Part shown: positions 58,349 to 58,349 of the stretch, piece by piece
Layout: every line of letters starts with the position of its first letter
Numbering within the stretch: the stretch's first letter is position 1
From: Candidatus Omnitrophota bacterium
Lineage (GTDB): Bacteria > Omnitrophota > Gorgyraeia > Zapsychrales > Zapsychraceae
Direction: 5' to 3'
NCBI GenBank assembly: GCA_003522725.1
Contig: DPIG01000055.1
Span: 1 to 58,349 of the forward strand
DNA: 58,349 nt
Notes under the pieces: model-generated
Databases searched by the model: none
What the model was told of the DNA's origin: nothing
Seen by the model: the letters and a program-made list of their open reading frames with translations, nothing else
Translations under genes and position numbers: made by a program

Positions 58349-58349
58349 G

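Noticed and set aside
1-58349. Scan for CRISPR arrays, transposases/IS ends, integrases, phage or toxin-antitoxin/defence modules, and rRNA genes.
   Set aside because: I saw no regularly spaced direct repeats, no terminal inverted repeats flanking ORFs, and no recognisable mobile-element or defence protein motifs. Apart from the pilus genes the window is core housekeeping synteny. The only RNA genes found are the two tRNAs.

Overview
58.3-kb bacterial chromosomal window of about 50% GC. Every gene I can support lies on the minus strand. Reading in the direction of transcription (high to low coordinates), the window contains four blocks. (1) A type IV pilus (T4P) cluster: pilB (5' end outside the window), a standalone MshEN/GspE_N domain protein, pilC, a secreted coiled-coil protein, a c-di-GMP-I (GEMM-I) riboswitch unit, the major pilin, and pilMNOPQ. 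(2) rng, rplU, obg, proB, proA, nadD, a phosphohexomutase, plsC, rpsA and tyrS. (3) A roughly 30-kb uninterrupted translation/transcription array: tRNA-Thr, rpmG, tRNA-Trp, secE, nusG, rplKAJL, rpoBC, rpsLG, fusA, tuf, then the S10/spc/alpha ribosomal protein genes through rplQ. (4) An aminotransferase, an orphan pilT and an ICDH-family dehydrogenase, then a strong terminator, then a small envelope-type operon (TPR protein, DUF4139-like protein, metallophosphoesterase, lipB). I found no CRISPR array, transposase, integrase or phage genes. The most interesting signals are listed here. First, a GEMM-I riboswitch with its own promoter and terminator sits just upstream of the pilin gene, and the same cluster holds a standalone protein with the tandem MshEN c-di-GMP-binding motif. 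Second, ribosomal protein L17 carries a histidine-rich tail of about 100 aa, and several other r-proteins have low-complexity extensions. Third, canonical four-run G-quadruplex motifs lie on the transcribed strand at three consecutive cistron junctions at the low-coordinate end. Fourth, the ICDH-to-TPR spacer holds a stack of long stem-loops. Fifth, rpoC and rpsL overlap by 59 nt, and L30 and L27 are missing from their canonical positions. Start codons were checked by hand against the sequence and several differ from the ORF track. No database search or folding computation was possible.
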